Assembly (NCBI GenBank): GCA_964602565.1
Contig: CAZRRI010000004.1
Location: 4,668 to 68,667 of the forward strand
DNA length: 64,000 bases
From: an uncultured Rhodocyclaceae bacterium
GTDB lineage: Bacteria; Pseudomonadota; Gammaproteobacteria; Burkholderiales; Rhodocyclaceae
Reading direction: 5' to 3'
Below the pieces are notes generated by a model, which was not told the origin of the DNA, did no database searches, and worked only from the letters and a program-made list of their open reading frames with translations. The position numbers were made by a program, and so were the translations under genes. Positions 8,026 to 16,880 of the stretch are shown here, one piece after another; position 1 is the stretch's first letter; every line of letters begins with the position of its first letter.

Positions 8026-9939
8026 ATGATCAAATTTCTCCAAAAGATGGTGCGCTGGTTCTTCATGCGTGCCGAAAACCTCTTCAACGTGGCCTTCGGC
8101 GACAAGTTGAACCCCTTCTATCATCTTGGCACCATCACCTTCTGGCAGTTCTGGCTGCTGGTAGTAACGGGGCTTTACCTGTACATCTTCGCCGACACCG
8201 GAGTACACGATGCCTACGAGTCGGTCGAGGCCATCACACACGACCAATGGTGGGCAGGCGGCATCATGCGCAGCGTGCATCGCTATGCCACGGACGGCAT
8301 GATCCTGACGATGATGCTCCACATGCTGCGTCACTTCGCCTACGACCGATACCGGGGTTTTCGCTGGTTCTCGTGGATGACCGGCATCGCGCTTATTTGG
8401 ATGGTATACATCGCCGGCATCAATGGTTTCATGCTGGTCTGGGACAAGCTTGCCCAATTCGTCGTGATCGCCACCGCCGAGTGGTTTGACGCAATCCCCC
8501 TGTTCAACGGCACGGTGATCCGCAATTTCCTTTACCCGGACAGCGTCAATAGCCGCTTGTTTACGCTGCTGGCCTTCATACACATCGGCTTACCCCTAGT
8601 GGTGGTCTTCGTCATGTGGGTGCACGTTCAACGCGTTCCCCGCGCCCACATCAATCCTCCCCGTCCGGTCGCGGTGGCGGTCACGCTCATGTTCCTCGTG
8701 CTATCGCTAGTGAAGCCTATTCACAGCCAGGGCGGTGAAGCCGACATGCTGGTCGTGCCCACCAACATCGCATTCGACTGGTTCGAACTACCGGTACTGT
8801 CGCTGGTCTATGTCATCGACCCGATCAAGCTTTGGCTTATCGTAATCGGACTGACGATCCTGTTGTTCCTCGTTCCCTGGCTGCCACCACAGCGCCGAGG
8901 CGCCGCCAAGGCGGAATCGACCGTCACCTACCACCCGGGACACAAGGCGGTGGCAGCGCGTTTCGGCGAAACGCTGCTCGACGCCGGTCTGCGCCAGGGC
9001 GTGGACCTGCCCTATGAATGCCGCAATGGTGGTTGCGGTGTCTGCAAGTGCACCGTCCTGCAAGGCGATGTGGACCCAGGCGTCTATCAGCCCAACGCCC
9101 TGTCGGCCGATGAACGGGCTCAAGGCAAGGTGCTGATGTGTTGCGCGACGGTGACGGGCGATGCGATCGTCGAATTCCAGCCCGGGGCCGCGACATCGAA
9201 CATCCGGGAATACACGGCCCGTGTTGTCAAGATGGAGCGGCTTTCCGCCGACATCATGCGCCTGATCCTCAAGCTTCCGGAGGGTCAGCACATCGACTTC
9301 GTGGCGGGCCAGTACATCAACATCATTCTGGATGACGGCCAGCGGAGACCCTTCTCCTTCGCCAATCCACCGCATGAAGCCGGTCAGATAGAACTCCAAC
9401 TCCGCCTGATGCCGGGCGGTGCCTTCACCCCCCATGTCTTCGACGGCATGAAGGAAGGTGACGAGATTCGCTTCGAGGGACCGATGGGCGATTTCACTTT
9501 GCGCGAATCGGCTCGCCCGATCATTTTCGTGGCGGGTGCCACCGGTTTCGCACCGGTCAAGAGCATGGTCGAGGATGCCTTCCATCGGAAGCTCAAGAGA
9601 CCAATCCACCTCTACTGGGGCGTCCGCAAGCGCGCCGACCTCTACATGCCCGAACTGCCGGAGCAATGGGCACGCGAGCACCCCAACTTCAAGTTCATTC
9701 CGGTGCTTCAGGAACCCGAGCCCGCCGACGCATGGACGGGACGTACCGGCCTGGTACACGAAGCCATATTGCAGGATTTCCCTTCCCTTGCCGGACAGGA
9801 AATCTATGCTTGCGGGTCCGTACGCATGGTCGAGGCGGTATTCCCGTCCTTCAAGGCACAGGGCGCGGAAGAAGGTATGTGCTTCTCGGATGCCTTTACG
9901 CTATCGGCACGCTCGATGGCGCTCCAACCCAAGGAGTGA
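8026..9939 (+). CDS. Fusion protein: di-heme cytochrome b + plant-type [2Fe-2S] ferredoxin + FNR-like FAD/NAD(P)-binding reductase
   Basis: H-x13-H pairs (SVHRYATDGMILTMMLH; IHIGLPLVVVFVMWVH). CRNGGCGVCKC...C [2Fe-2S] motif. RPFSFAN (flavin R-x-Y/F-S), GPMGDF and FVAGATGFAPVKSM (NAD(P) binding). Confidence 0.85.
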   Translation: MIKFLQKMVRWFFMRAENLFNVAFGDKLNPFYHLGTITFWQFWLLVVTGLYLYIFADTGVHDAYESVEAITHDQWWAGGIMRSVHRYATDGMILTMMLHMLRHFAYDRYRGFRWFSWMTGIALIWMVYIAGINGFMLVWDKLAQFVVIATAEWFDAIPLFNGTVIRNFLYPDSVNSRLFTLLAFIHIGLPLVVVFVMWVHVQRVPRAHINPPRPVAVAVTLMFLVLSLVKPIHSQGGEADMLVVPTNIAFDWFELPVLSLVYVIDPIKLWLIVIGLTILLFLVPWLPPQRRGAAKAESTVTYHPGHKAVAARFGETLLDAGLRQGVDLPYECRNGGCGVCKCTVLQGDVDPGVYQPNALSADERAQGKVLMCCATVTGDAIVEFQPGAATSNIREYTARVVKMERLSADIMRLILKLPEGQHIDFVAGQYINIILDDGQRRPFSFANPPHEAGQIELQLRLMPGGAFTPHVFDGMKEGDEIRFEGPMGDFTLRESARPIIFVAGATGFAPVKSMVEDAFHRKLKRPIHLYWGVRKRADLYMPELPEQWAREHPNFKFIPVLQEPEPADAWTGRTGLVHEAILQDFPSLAGQEIYACGSVRMVEAVFPSFKAQGAEEGMCFSDAFTLSARSMALQPKE

Positions 9940-9947
9940 TGCTAGCC

Positions 9948-10478
9948 TTACAACTGATCCAGCAGTTCAACCAGAGCGGCCCTGGACACTCGACCAAGGG
10001 CCGCGGCCCGAGGTTGCCCGGCGTGGTCGAGGACGATAGTGAACGGCACGGCAAGCGGGAGGTTGCCCAATGGCTTGGTCGGCTCGATGGCCTCCTCGCC
10101 TCCTGCCAGCAGCGCATACGACACCGGCATCGTCCGAGCAAACACTCGGACTTTCTCCGCGCTGTCGGCTGCAATTCCAACAAACTGCACGCGGCCTCGG
10201 TAATGCTCCGCCAAGTCGGAGAGGATGGGCATTTCTTCCCGGCAAGGCGCGCACCAGGTCGCCCAGAAATTGAGCACCAATACCCTGCCACGCCACTGGT
10301 CCAGCGCCTGCCTGCGTCCATCGAGGTCATACAAGACCAGGGCGTTCAGTGCTGCCATGTCGGCCGCGGAGACCGGCGGAGGAACCGATAGGGGCCGATC
10401 CCGCTCGACATCGGGTCTCAACAACCAAGCCATCGCCGCCAAGGCTAGCAGACCTGCTGCCAGCCACCATCGGGTCAT
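9948..10478 (-). CDS. TlpA-family periplasmic thiol-disulfide oxidoreductase
   Basis: The internal ATG at 10478 gives MTRWWLAAGLLALAAMAWLL (signal/anchor). Motif FWATWCAPCREEMP (CxxC thioredoxin). The start overlaps the stop of the upstream gene. Confidence 0.8.
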   Translation of the reverse strand: MTRWWLAAGLLALAAMAWLLRPDVERDRPLSVPPPVSAADMAALNALVLYDLDGRRQALDQWRGRVLVLNFWATWCAPCREEMPILSDLAEHYRGRVQFVGIAADSAEKVRVFARTMPVSYALLAGGEEAIEPTKPLGNLPLAVPFTIVLDHAGQPRAAALGRVSRAALVELLDQL

Positions 10479-11785
10479 TGCCGGCGGGGCCACATTGCCT
10501 TCAGGCAGACAACGATGAACATGATCCCGCCGATCACGGCAATCAGCCCACCCAGGCCCATCATGCCCATGCCGATCTTCTGTGGCAATGTGGTCAGCAT
10601 CTGTTCGGCACCGGCCACCTTGCGCTGCACGCCATAACCGCCAGACCACGCCAGTCCGAGCACATGGATCAGCTGACCGCCGCCATAGACATAGGCCTGC
10701 CACTTGGCCATGCGACCGACAGGTTCGCCATACCCCAGTCTCGGCAACAAGACATAGGCCAGCCCCATGAAAGCGAGGGTAACCCCCACCGTGGAACCAT
10801 GATAATGGGCTGGAATGACGACGTTGGCGCCACGAATCATATAGCCTAGAACACCGCCGATCGCGAACAGGACGAAAGAGGCAATGAAAGCAGCCTTCGC
10901 GGGATACGAGTCGATTCCACGATTACGCCAAAGCGTAACCAGACCGACCAGAATAAGCGGGCCCATGTAAGGGTGCCCCCATTCCATCAGCTTGGCAAAC
11001 AGCTCCATGTGCGGCAACGAACCCGCCGGCACCATCAGATAGATGGCCGGAACCGCCAGCAGCGGTACGGCGGCGATCCAGAACAGCGCCGAGAGCGCGC
11101 GTCGCGACAACGGCACGGGCCGGCCCCGCGCCTCGGCAATCCAGAACCACGCGACGGCCATCAAGAGCGCATGCTGAAACTGCAACGCATGGCCGCCTCC
11201 CCAGAATAGAACCTCGTGATAGAACTTGTCGTCATCGATGCGAGGGACTGCCCACCAGGACCAGAAAAAGGCACCCAGGGCCAACAGCCCGGCGATGGCG
11301 CCAAGGAAGCTGCCGGTTTTCAATGCGTGATCAAGCTTGATGGTTGCGACGGCCCTAAGCACGGCAAGCAAAAAACCCGCACCCAACAGCCAGAGCGATG
11401 CATAGAACAACGGCTGTTGCAGGACCGGTATGTAGTTGTTCAGCAGCGGATGTGCGCCAGGAAAAAATGGCGACACCATCATCACCATCGTCCCGGCCGC
11501 CGCCGCGCCAAGGCCAGCCCAGCCCAGCCAGGGCATGGCGCCACTGCCAACGGCGCTCCAGATGACCGCCGCGAAAGCCATGAACCAGACAGCGACGGAC
11601 AGATCGACATGCACCACCAGTGCGGCGCGGAAAAAATCCTTGAGCGGGAAGACATCCTGTATGCCGGGCGTCCGGGAAAAGACCAGCAACATCGCCAGCA
11701 AACCGGAGCCGATCAACGCCGTCAAACCTAGCCACAGCCAAGCTCGCGCAAGTTTTCGGGAGGAGTCGGAAACAATTTCGATCAT
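10475..11785 (-). CDS. Divergent heme-copper-oxidase subunit I-like membrane protein (orphan)
   Basis: Start taken at ATG 11785 (MIEIVSD), about 436 aa, polytopic. Oxidase-like histidines VVHVDLS, FWGGGHALQF and PAHYHGS (H-x-H). No adjacent HH pair and no subunit II nearby. Confidence 0.55.
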   Translation of the reverse strand: MIEIVSDSSRKLARAWLWLGLTALIGSGLLAMLLVFSRTPGIQDVFPLKDFFRAALVVHVDLSVAVWFMAFAAVIWSAVGSGAMPWLGWAGLGAAAAGTMVMMVSPFFPGAHPLLNNYIPVLQQPLFYASLWLLGAGFLLAVLRAVATIKLDHALKTGSFLGAIAGLLALGAFFWSWWAVPRIDDDKFYHEVLFWGGGHALQFQHALLMAVAWFWIAEARGRPVPLSRRALSALFWIAAVPLLAVPAIYLMVPAGSLPHMELFAKLMEWGHPYMGPLILVGLVTLWRNRGIDSYPAKAAFIASFVLFAIGGVLGYMIRGANVVIPAHYHGSTVGVTLAFMGLAYVLLPRLGYGEPVGRMAKWQAYVYGGGQLIHVLGLAWSGGYGVQRKVAGAEQMLTTLPQKIGMGMMGLGGLIAVIGGIMFIVVCLKAMWPRRQ

Positions 11786-12143
11786 CGTCGAGCCTGGGTG
11801 TTTAGAGCCTGCGAACTTGCAAACCATCGGAGTATAACGGTGAAGCCCCGTGATAAAATTTGCGGATGAGAATTGTCGCCGCGCTTGCGCTCGCCCACTT
11901 TCCGAGGCAAGACCGTAGTGCTCTCGCGTGGCCATACCCGATGCCCGGATGCCTGTCCGACGGCCTTGGTGTCGGATGCACGATACCAGACTCCATTTGC
12001 CCTGCTCGGCCAGAGCAGCCATGCATCCGACCGGCAATGCAGGCTATGCCGGCTAATAGGACATGGCGAAACCCCGGATCGTATCGCCGCCCACCCGCGA
12101 TTGCTGTCGGCCGGCCAGTCACATTGATTTCATGAGGCATTCC

Positions 12144-12572
12144 ATGAAGAAGACCTTCCTTCTGCTCGCTACCCTGCTGGTTCTTCCCTTGCCACCCGCC
12201 TTGGCCGAACCCGTCGACATCGATATCGGCACCCCTCCCGTCATCGTCATCCGACATTCGATGACCCAGCGCTACTCCCGACTCGTGAGAATGTATGATG
12301 CCGGAATCATCGGACTGGGTAATGACGGCATGCTGCAAAAGCGCGACACTGGCAAGCAGCTGACACTGGTGCAGCGCCAGATCGCCGAAAAACTGATCGA
12401 CCAGGACAACAACGATCGTCAGGCGCTGGTATACGCCATCGCCTACAACCATGAGGGCCGGCTCGCCCGGGTGCCGGAAATCCGGACGGCCCTGTTGAAG
12501 CGCTGGCAGGAGCAATTCAAATCGGGCTGGTGGATGCAGGACAGCGCGGGCAACTGGTTCCAGAAACCCTGA
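12144..12572 (+). CDS. Periplasmic YdbL/DUF1318-like protein
   Basis: ATG at 12144 gives the signal peptide MKKTFLLLATLLVLPLPPALA. The C-terminal region (DRQALVYAIA...WQEQFKSGWWMQDSAGNWFQKP) resembles the YdbL family. Confidence 0.45.
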   Translation: MKKTFLLLATLLVLPLPPALAEPVDIDIGTPPVIVIRHSMTQRYSRLVRMYDAGIIGLGNDGMLQKRDTGKQLTLVQRQIAEKLIDQDNNDRQALVYAIAYNHEGRLARVPEIRTALLKRWQEQFKSGWWMQDSAGNWFQKP

Positions 12573-12588
12573 AGCCCGCGATCGGCGA

Positions 12589-13188
12589 CTAGCCCGGCGG
12601 TATCAGCGCCGGCAGCTTGGCACGCAGAGCCTGGGCGATCTGCTCGGGCGTGAGATTCTCATTGAGCGCGGAAACGAAATGTCCGACCGCGTTCACCAGA
12701 TAAATCGGACGATTGTGGTCGACCCGGTAGCTGCCATCGGCAGCCGCCGGCATCTTCCGATACGCCGCGGCAAAGCTCTCCGCAAAGATATTGAGGTCTT
12801 CAGGCTTTGCCGTGGCGCCGATCATGTCGGCCTGGAAGCGTCGCACATAGTCAGCCATGCTGGCGGGCGTGTCGCGGTCGGGATCGACCGAGACGACGAT
12901 CACGCGCACCAAGGACCGGTCTCGCGGAGACAGCAAGCGAAGACCGGCCGCGAGGCGCGCCAGCCGGTCGGAGCATTCATCCTCGCAATGAGCGTAGGCG
13001 AATGAAATCGCCAGGACATTGCCCCGCAGGTTCCTGCTGTCCAGCGCACCGCTCGCCGTGTCGAGCACGAAATCATTGGTGATCGGCGCGGCGTTGAACA
13101 GGCGGGAAAGCGGCTGCCAAACGAAAACCAGAAGCAGCAGCAGCACAAGTACGATCAGGGCATTCTTCAGGGTGTTGTCGGACATCAA
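12589..13188 (-). CDS. SCO family protein (second copy, atypical CxxxC)
   Basis: N-terminal TM anchor. Motif FAYAHCEDECSDRL (CxxxC without the usual Pro) and a downstream VDHNRPIYLV His. Confidence 0.7.
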   Translation of the reverse strand: MMSDNTLKNALIVLVLLLLLVFVWQPLSRLFNAAPITNDFVLDTASGALDSRNLRGNVLAISFAYAHCEDECSDRLARLAAGLRLLSPRDRSLVRVIVVSVDPDRDTPASMADYVRRFQADMIGATAKPEDLNIFAESFAAAYRKMPAAADGSYRVDHNRPIYLVNAVGHFVSALNENLTPEQIAQALRAKLPALIPPG

Positions 13189-13308
13189 ACGTCTCCGGAT
13201 TGAAAGGCCATGCAGCAGCCACGCTGGGGGCCTGGAAGCTGACGATATTATCGCGCCGTAAAGCCCTTAGAATCGAACGAGTTCCCGTCCGCCCCAAGGA
13301 GACACGCC

Positions 13309-13899
13309 ATGCCATCGCGCCTGCCCGATGCCGCGCTTGACCAATTGTTCCGCAGTGCCCGCAGTCACAACGGTTTCGTCGACGAACCGGTCGACGACGA
13401 AACCCTGGCCCAATTGCACGAGCTTATCAAATGGGGGCCAACCGCCGCCAACTCGTGCCCGCTGCGTATCGTCTTCGTGCGCAGCGCCGAGGCCAAGGAA
13501 CGGCTGCGTCCCGCCCTGGCGCCGGGCAACGTGGCCAAGGCCATGGCCGCGCCGGTCATCGCCCTGCTCGGCCGCGACATGAGCTTTTACGAACATCTGC
13601 CGCGCCTGTTTCCACACGTCGATGCGAGATCGTGGTTCGTTGGCAACCAACCCTTCATCGAAGAATCGGCCCGACTCAATGCCTCCCTGCAGGCGGGCTA
13701 TCTCATCTTGGCTGCGCGCGCCCTGGGGCTTGATTGCGGGCCGATGTCCGGTTTCCAGCCGGAAATCGCCGACCAGGCATTTTTCGCCGGTACGCCGGTC
13801 AAGTCCTTCATGCTCGTTGCACTGGGCCGTGGCGATCCGAACAAGCTATTCCCGCGGAACCCACGGTTCGACTTTGCCGATGTCTGCCGCATCGAATAA
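13309..13899 (+). CDS. Nitroreductase-family NAD(P)H oxidoreductase (RutE/YdjA-like)
   Basis: 196 aa. N-terminus [19 protein letters not shown]...[19 protein letters not shown] is typical of malonic semialdehyde reductase RutE-like nitroreductases. Confidence 0.75.
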   Translation: MPSRLPDAALDQLFRSARSHNGFVDEPVDDETLAQLHELIKWGPTAANSCPLRIVFVRSAEAKERLRPALAPGNVAKAMAAPVIALLGRDMSFYEHLPRLFPHVDARSWFVGNQPFIEESARLNASLQAGYLILAARALGLDCGPMSGFQPEIADQAFFAGTPVKSFMLVALGRGDPNKLFPRNPRFDFADVCRIE

Positions 13900-13902
13900 G
13901 CG

Positions 13903-14925
13903 ATGGATCGCAGCGAACGTTTCTATCGCATCGAACAACTGCTTCACGATCGCGGCACCGCGACGTTCGAGGAGATCCGAGAGGTATTGGAAGTCTCCCG
14001 CGCGACGCTGAAGCGCGATTTTCAGTACCTGCGCGACCGGCTCAACGCGCCCATCGTCTACGATCGCGACGCTGGCGGCTACCGCTTCCAGGCTCGGAGC
14101 AGCGGCCCGGCATTTCAGTTGCCGGGCCTTTGGTTCAACGCCTCGGAAATACACGCGCTGCTGATGATGCAGAACCTCCTGAGCGAGGTGCAGCCCGGCC
14201 TGCTCGGCCCGCAGATCGCACCGCTGAAAACCAGGCTGCAAAGTCTGCTTGGCAGTCGGGACAACGAGCCGGAGGAAGTCGCGCGCCGTATCCGGATCGT
14301 TCACGCGGCGAAGCGTCATGCCGACCTCAAGTACTTCGAGATCATCGCCACCGCCCTGCTGAAGCGCCGGCGCCTCGTGCTCCGTCACTGGAATCGCGGC
14401 CGAGACGACGAGACGACGCGGGAAATCTCGCCTCAGCGGCTGGTGTTCTATCGCGACAACTGGTATCTCGACGCTTGGTGCCATCTGCGTGACGAGATCC
14501 GCAGTTTCGGCGTCGATGCCATTCGTCACGCCACGCTGCTCGAACGGAAGGCGAAGGATGTCGCCACGAGACGCCTCGATGAGACGCTCGGCGCCGGCTA
14601 CGGAATATTCTCGGGTGCGGCCGTGACTTGGGCGAAGCTGCGCTTTACGCCCGAGCGCTCACGCTGGGTCGCATCGGAGCAGTGGCATCCGCAGCAAAGG
14701 ACCTCAACCACGGCCGACGGCCATCTCCTGCTGGAAATTCCTTACTCGAACCCGACCGAACTGATCATGGACATTCTGCGTCACGGCGCCGGCGCGGAAG
14801 TGCTCGCACCCAAGTCATTGCGTGACGCGGTGCACAAGGAACTGCGCGGGGCGCTTGCGGCATATGACCAACATCGGCCGACGGTCCGGGGCACTTCCCC
14901 TCGACCGCGACAACCGCTACCATAG
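13903..14925 (+). CDS. WYL-domain transcriptional regulator
   Basis: N-terminal HTH (FEEIREVLEVSRATLKRDFQYL) and a WYL motif (YRDNWYLDAWCHLRDEIRSFGVDAI). Confidence 0.8.
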   Translation: MDRSERFYRIEQLLHDRGTATFEEIREVLEVSRATLKRDFQYLRDRLNAPIVYDRDAGGYRFQARSSGPAFQLPGLWFNASEIHALLMMQNLLSEVQPGLLGPQIAPLKTRLQSLLGSRDNEPEEVARRIRIVHAAKRHADLKYFEIIATALLKRRRLVLRHWNRGRDDETTREISPQRLVFYRDNWYLDAWCHLRDEIRSFGVDAIRHATLLERKAKDVATRRLDETLGAGYGIFSGAAVTWAKLRFTPERSRWVASEQWHPQQRTSTTADGHLLLEIPYSNPTELIMDILRHGAGAEVLAPKSLRDAVHKELRGALAAYDQHRPTVRGTSPRPRQPLP

Positions 14926-14932
14926 TCGGGCC

Positions 14933-15145
14933 ATGCAACCCGCGAACGACGAACCCGAAACCCTGCGTGTCCAACTCCAGGAGTTGCGCATCGAGCACCG
15001 CGACCTGGACGAAGCCATCGAGCGTCTCGAAGCTGCTCCGCCGCACGATGAACTGCTGCTGCGCCGAATGAAGAAGCGCAAGTTGCAGATCAAGGACCGA
15101 ATCACCGCCGTCGAGCATCTTCTCGAACCGAACGAACTGGCCTGA
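14933..15145 (+). CDS. DUF465 (YdcH-like) small coiled-coil protein
   Basis: ATG at 14933 gives a 70-aa product. LQELRIEHRDLDEAIERL...LLLRRMKKRKLQIKDRI is the DUF465 pattern. Confidence 0.6.
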   Translation: MQPANDEPETLRVQLQELRIEHRDLDEAIERLEAAPPHDELLLRRMKKRKLQIKDRITAVEHLLEPNELA

Positions 15146-15164
15146 CCGCCGGCCACCATTCGGT

Positions 15165-15962
15165 TCAGGAAAACTCGCACGACCACGGCACGCAGGGGTC
15201 GAATGCCATCGCCAGGCGCGATGCCTGTTGCTTGGCTTCTGCTTTTCTCGCTCCCTTCAACCGTTGAAGCCAGTCTGCGACATCGCCACCGGGGGCGAAA
15301 TGCACGTCGGTCGGCGCGATGATGACGTAGTCTGCGACCTCGTCGCCATCCAGCGTCAGCCGATGCATCAGCGTGCCACGTGCTGTTTCCACTGTCGCGA
15401 TACCGACACCGGCTGAAGGCGACGTCGCCGTCACGGTACCAAGCGCCTGCTGCCGGCCCATCAGCCAATCCGCCAACGCCGAGACCCGCGCGGCGATGCA
15501 TCTGCGCAACAGCCGATCGATCTCCGTGTCGCCCAGCGCTCCGGCCAGCGCCGCGGGCAGCTCGTGCGCCGCCAGCAATCTCGCCAGATCGGCCCGCTCC
15601 GATGACGCTGCGCGCACTGATTGCACGAATAAGGTTTCATCGGGGGGCAAGCCGAATTGCCGCGGCCAATCGACGAACAGCTTCCAGGCATGCTCGCGTG
15701 CCGCCTCCGACTGGACCTCGGGGTCGACATATGCCTCGACAGGACTGCCGCGCGCCGCCGCCAGCGCCGCCCGCGCCGCGACGTCCTGCGCCTTGCCGCA
15801 TAGCGAGTAGATCAGCGGCACGGTTGCCACGACCTGCGCGGCCTGGCGGCCATTCAGCAGATGCGCGATGTCAGGACGCTGGCAGCTGACGGCGGCCGCC
15901 GTAACTTCATCGTCACGAACCATGAAGGACAGGACGACCCGGCCCGGCTCGAACGTGGCCAT
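15165..15962 (-). CDS. Short HupK/HoxV-like [NiFe]-hydrogenase large-subunit-related scaffold protein
   Basis: 265 aa with remnants of large-subunit motifs: YSLCGKAQ, ETARGTLMH, IIAPTDVHFAPGG and C-terminal FDPCVPWSC. Follows the nickel permease gene with a 3-nt gap. Confidence 0.5.
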   Translation of the reverse strand: MATFEPGRVVLSFMVRDDEVTAAAVSCQRPDIAHLLNGRQAAQVVATVPLIYSLCGKAQDVAARAALAAARGSPVEAYVDPEVQSEAAREHAWKLFVDWPRQFGLPPDETLFVQSVRAASSERADLARLLAAHELPAALAGALGDTEIDRLLRRCIAARVSALADWLMGRQQALGTVTATSPSAGVGIATVETARGTLMHRLTLDGDEVADYVIIAPTDVHFAPGGDVADWLQRLKGARKAEAKQQASRLAMAFDPCVPWSCEFS

Positions 15963-15965
15963 CGC

Positions 15966-16787
15966 TCAGCGTGCCGACACCGCCAGCGGTCGCCGCGCGA
16001 GCCACATCGAATAGAGGAAACTCAGGCCGACGAGACCGACGAGCACGAGGCCGAAAACCAGTTCCTTGCCCTCGCTCCAGTCATCGACCGCCGGCCAGGT
16101 CCATTTGGCGATGCCGAGGCCGGCCACCGCCAAGCTCAGCAGCGAAACGACGAGGCCCATGGTGCGCGAAGCGATGCGCGCCGAGCGGTCGGCACGCCGG
16201 ATCAGGTGCGAGATCCAGAGGCCGTTGATGCCGTCGGTAATGAACATGCCGAGCAGGAACAGCAGACCCAGCGACAGGGAGGCGCGCCAGCCGCCGAACT
16301 GCTCCGCCGCCAGCGCGAACAAGGTCGCCTGGCTGATGGTGTCGAAGGAAATCGCGAACAGGCCGCCGATGGCCATGATGGCCGCCGGCCGGTGCGTGCG
16401 CGCTAGGCCACCCAGCATGCGGCTCTTGACGCCGACCGGACGAACCATCTCATCCGGCGCCGTGGCCAGCACGGCGCGCAGGTTGAGCAGCCCCAGCGCC
16501 ACCAGCACCAGCACCGACACCATCATGCCCGAGACTTGCAGCCATCCCGGCGCCTGCCAGCGCGCCGCGACCATGCTGACCGCGAGGGCGACGATGACCA
16601 CGACCAGGCCATGCCCCAGAGAGAAGAGAACACCGCAGAACCTGGCCAGGCGCGGCCGCGCGCTGGCGTTGAAGCGTGTCAGGCCATCGATCGTGGCCAG
16701 ATGGTCGGCGTCGAAGCCGTGTCGCATGCCCAGCACCAGTACCAGCAGGCACAGGGCGTACCACTCGTGGGGCAGCGCGACATCCAT
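15966..16787 (-). CDS. NiCoT-family nickel/cobalt permease (HoxN/HupN/NixA type)
   Basis: Polytopic protein with the signature RHGFDADHLATIDG (H-x4-D-H). Confidence 0.8.
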   Translation of the reverse strand: MDVALPHEWYALCLLVLVLGMRHGFDADHLATIDGLTRFNASARPRLARFCGVLFSLGHGLVVVIVALAVSMVAARWQAPGWLQVSGMMVSVLVLVALGLLNLRAVLATAPDEMVRPVGVKSRMLGGLARTHRPAAIMAIGGLFAISFDTISQATLFALAAEQFGGWRASLSLGLLFLLGMFITDGINGLWISHLIRRADRSARIASRTMGLVVSLLSLAVAGLGIAKWTWPAVDDWSEGKELVFGLVLVGLVGLSFLYSMWLARRPLAVSAR

Positions 16788-16880
16788 GTAAGAAGATTAC
16801 ACGATTTCATCCTAATCTGTCCATTTCGACAGACCGGAATCAGCGCGGTGCCACGGGAAGCAGGACAGGCGGCATCATGC

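Noticed and set aside
10475-12037. Long N-terminal extensions of several ORF-track entries (e.g. 10475-12037, 9948-10703, 22497-23681, 26013-26960, 33879-35663, 35306-37159, 48578-52000)
   Set aside because: The extensions are Arg/Pro/Gly-rich, overlap neighbouring genes and precede internal ATG/GTG starts that reproduce canonical family N-termini. Shorter starts were used instead.
11786-12143. 358-bp intergenic region upstream of the orphan oxidase-like gene inspected for a riboswitch or sRNA
   Set aside because: Only short, weak stems (e.g. CCGAC...GTCGG) were seen, with no recognisable riboswitch core or terminator. There is nothing I can support.
16796-16812. 10-mer TTACACGATT shared between the NiCoT upstream region (16796-16812) and the bufA upstream region (about 37372-37384)
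   Set aside because: It is a single short shared word with no dyad symmetry and no third copy. It cannot be distinguished from chance without genome-wide counts.
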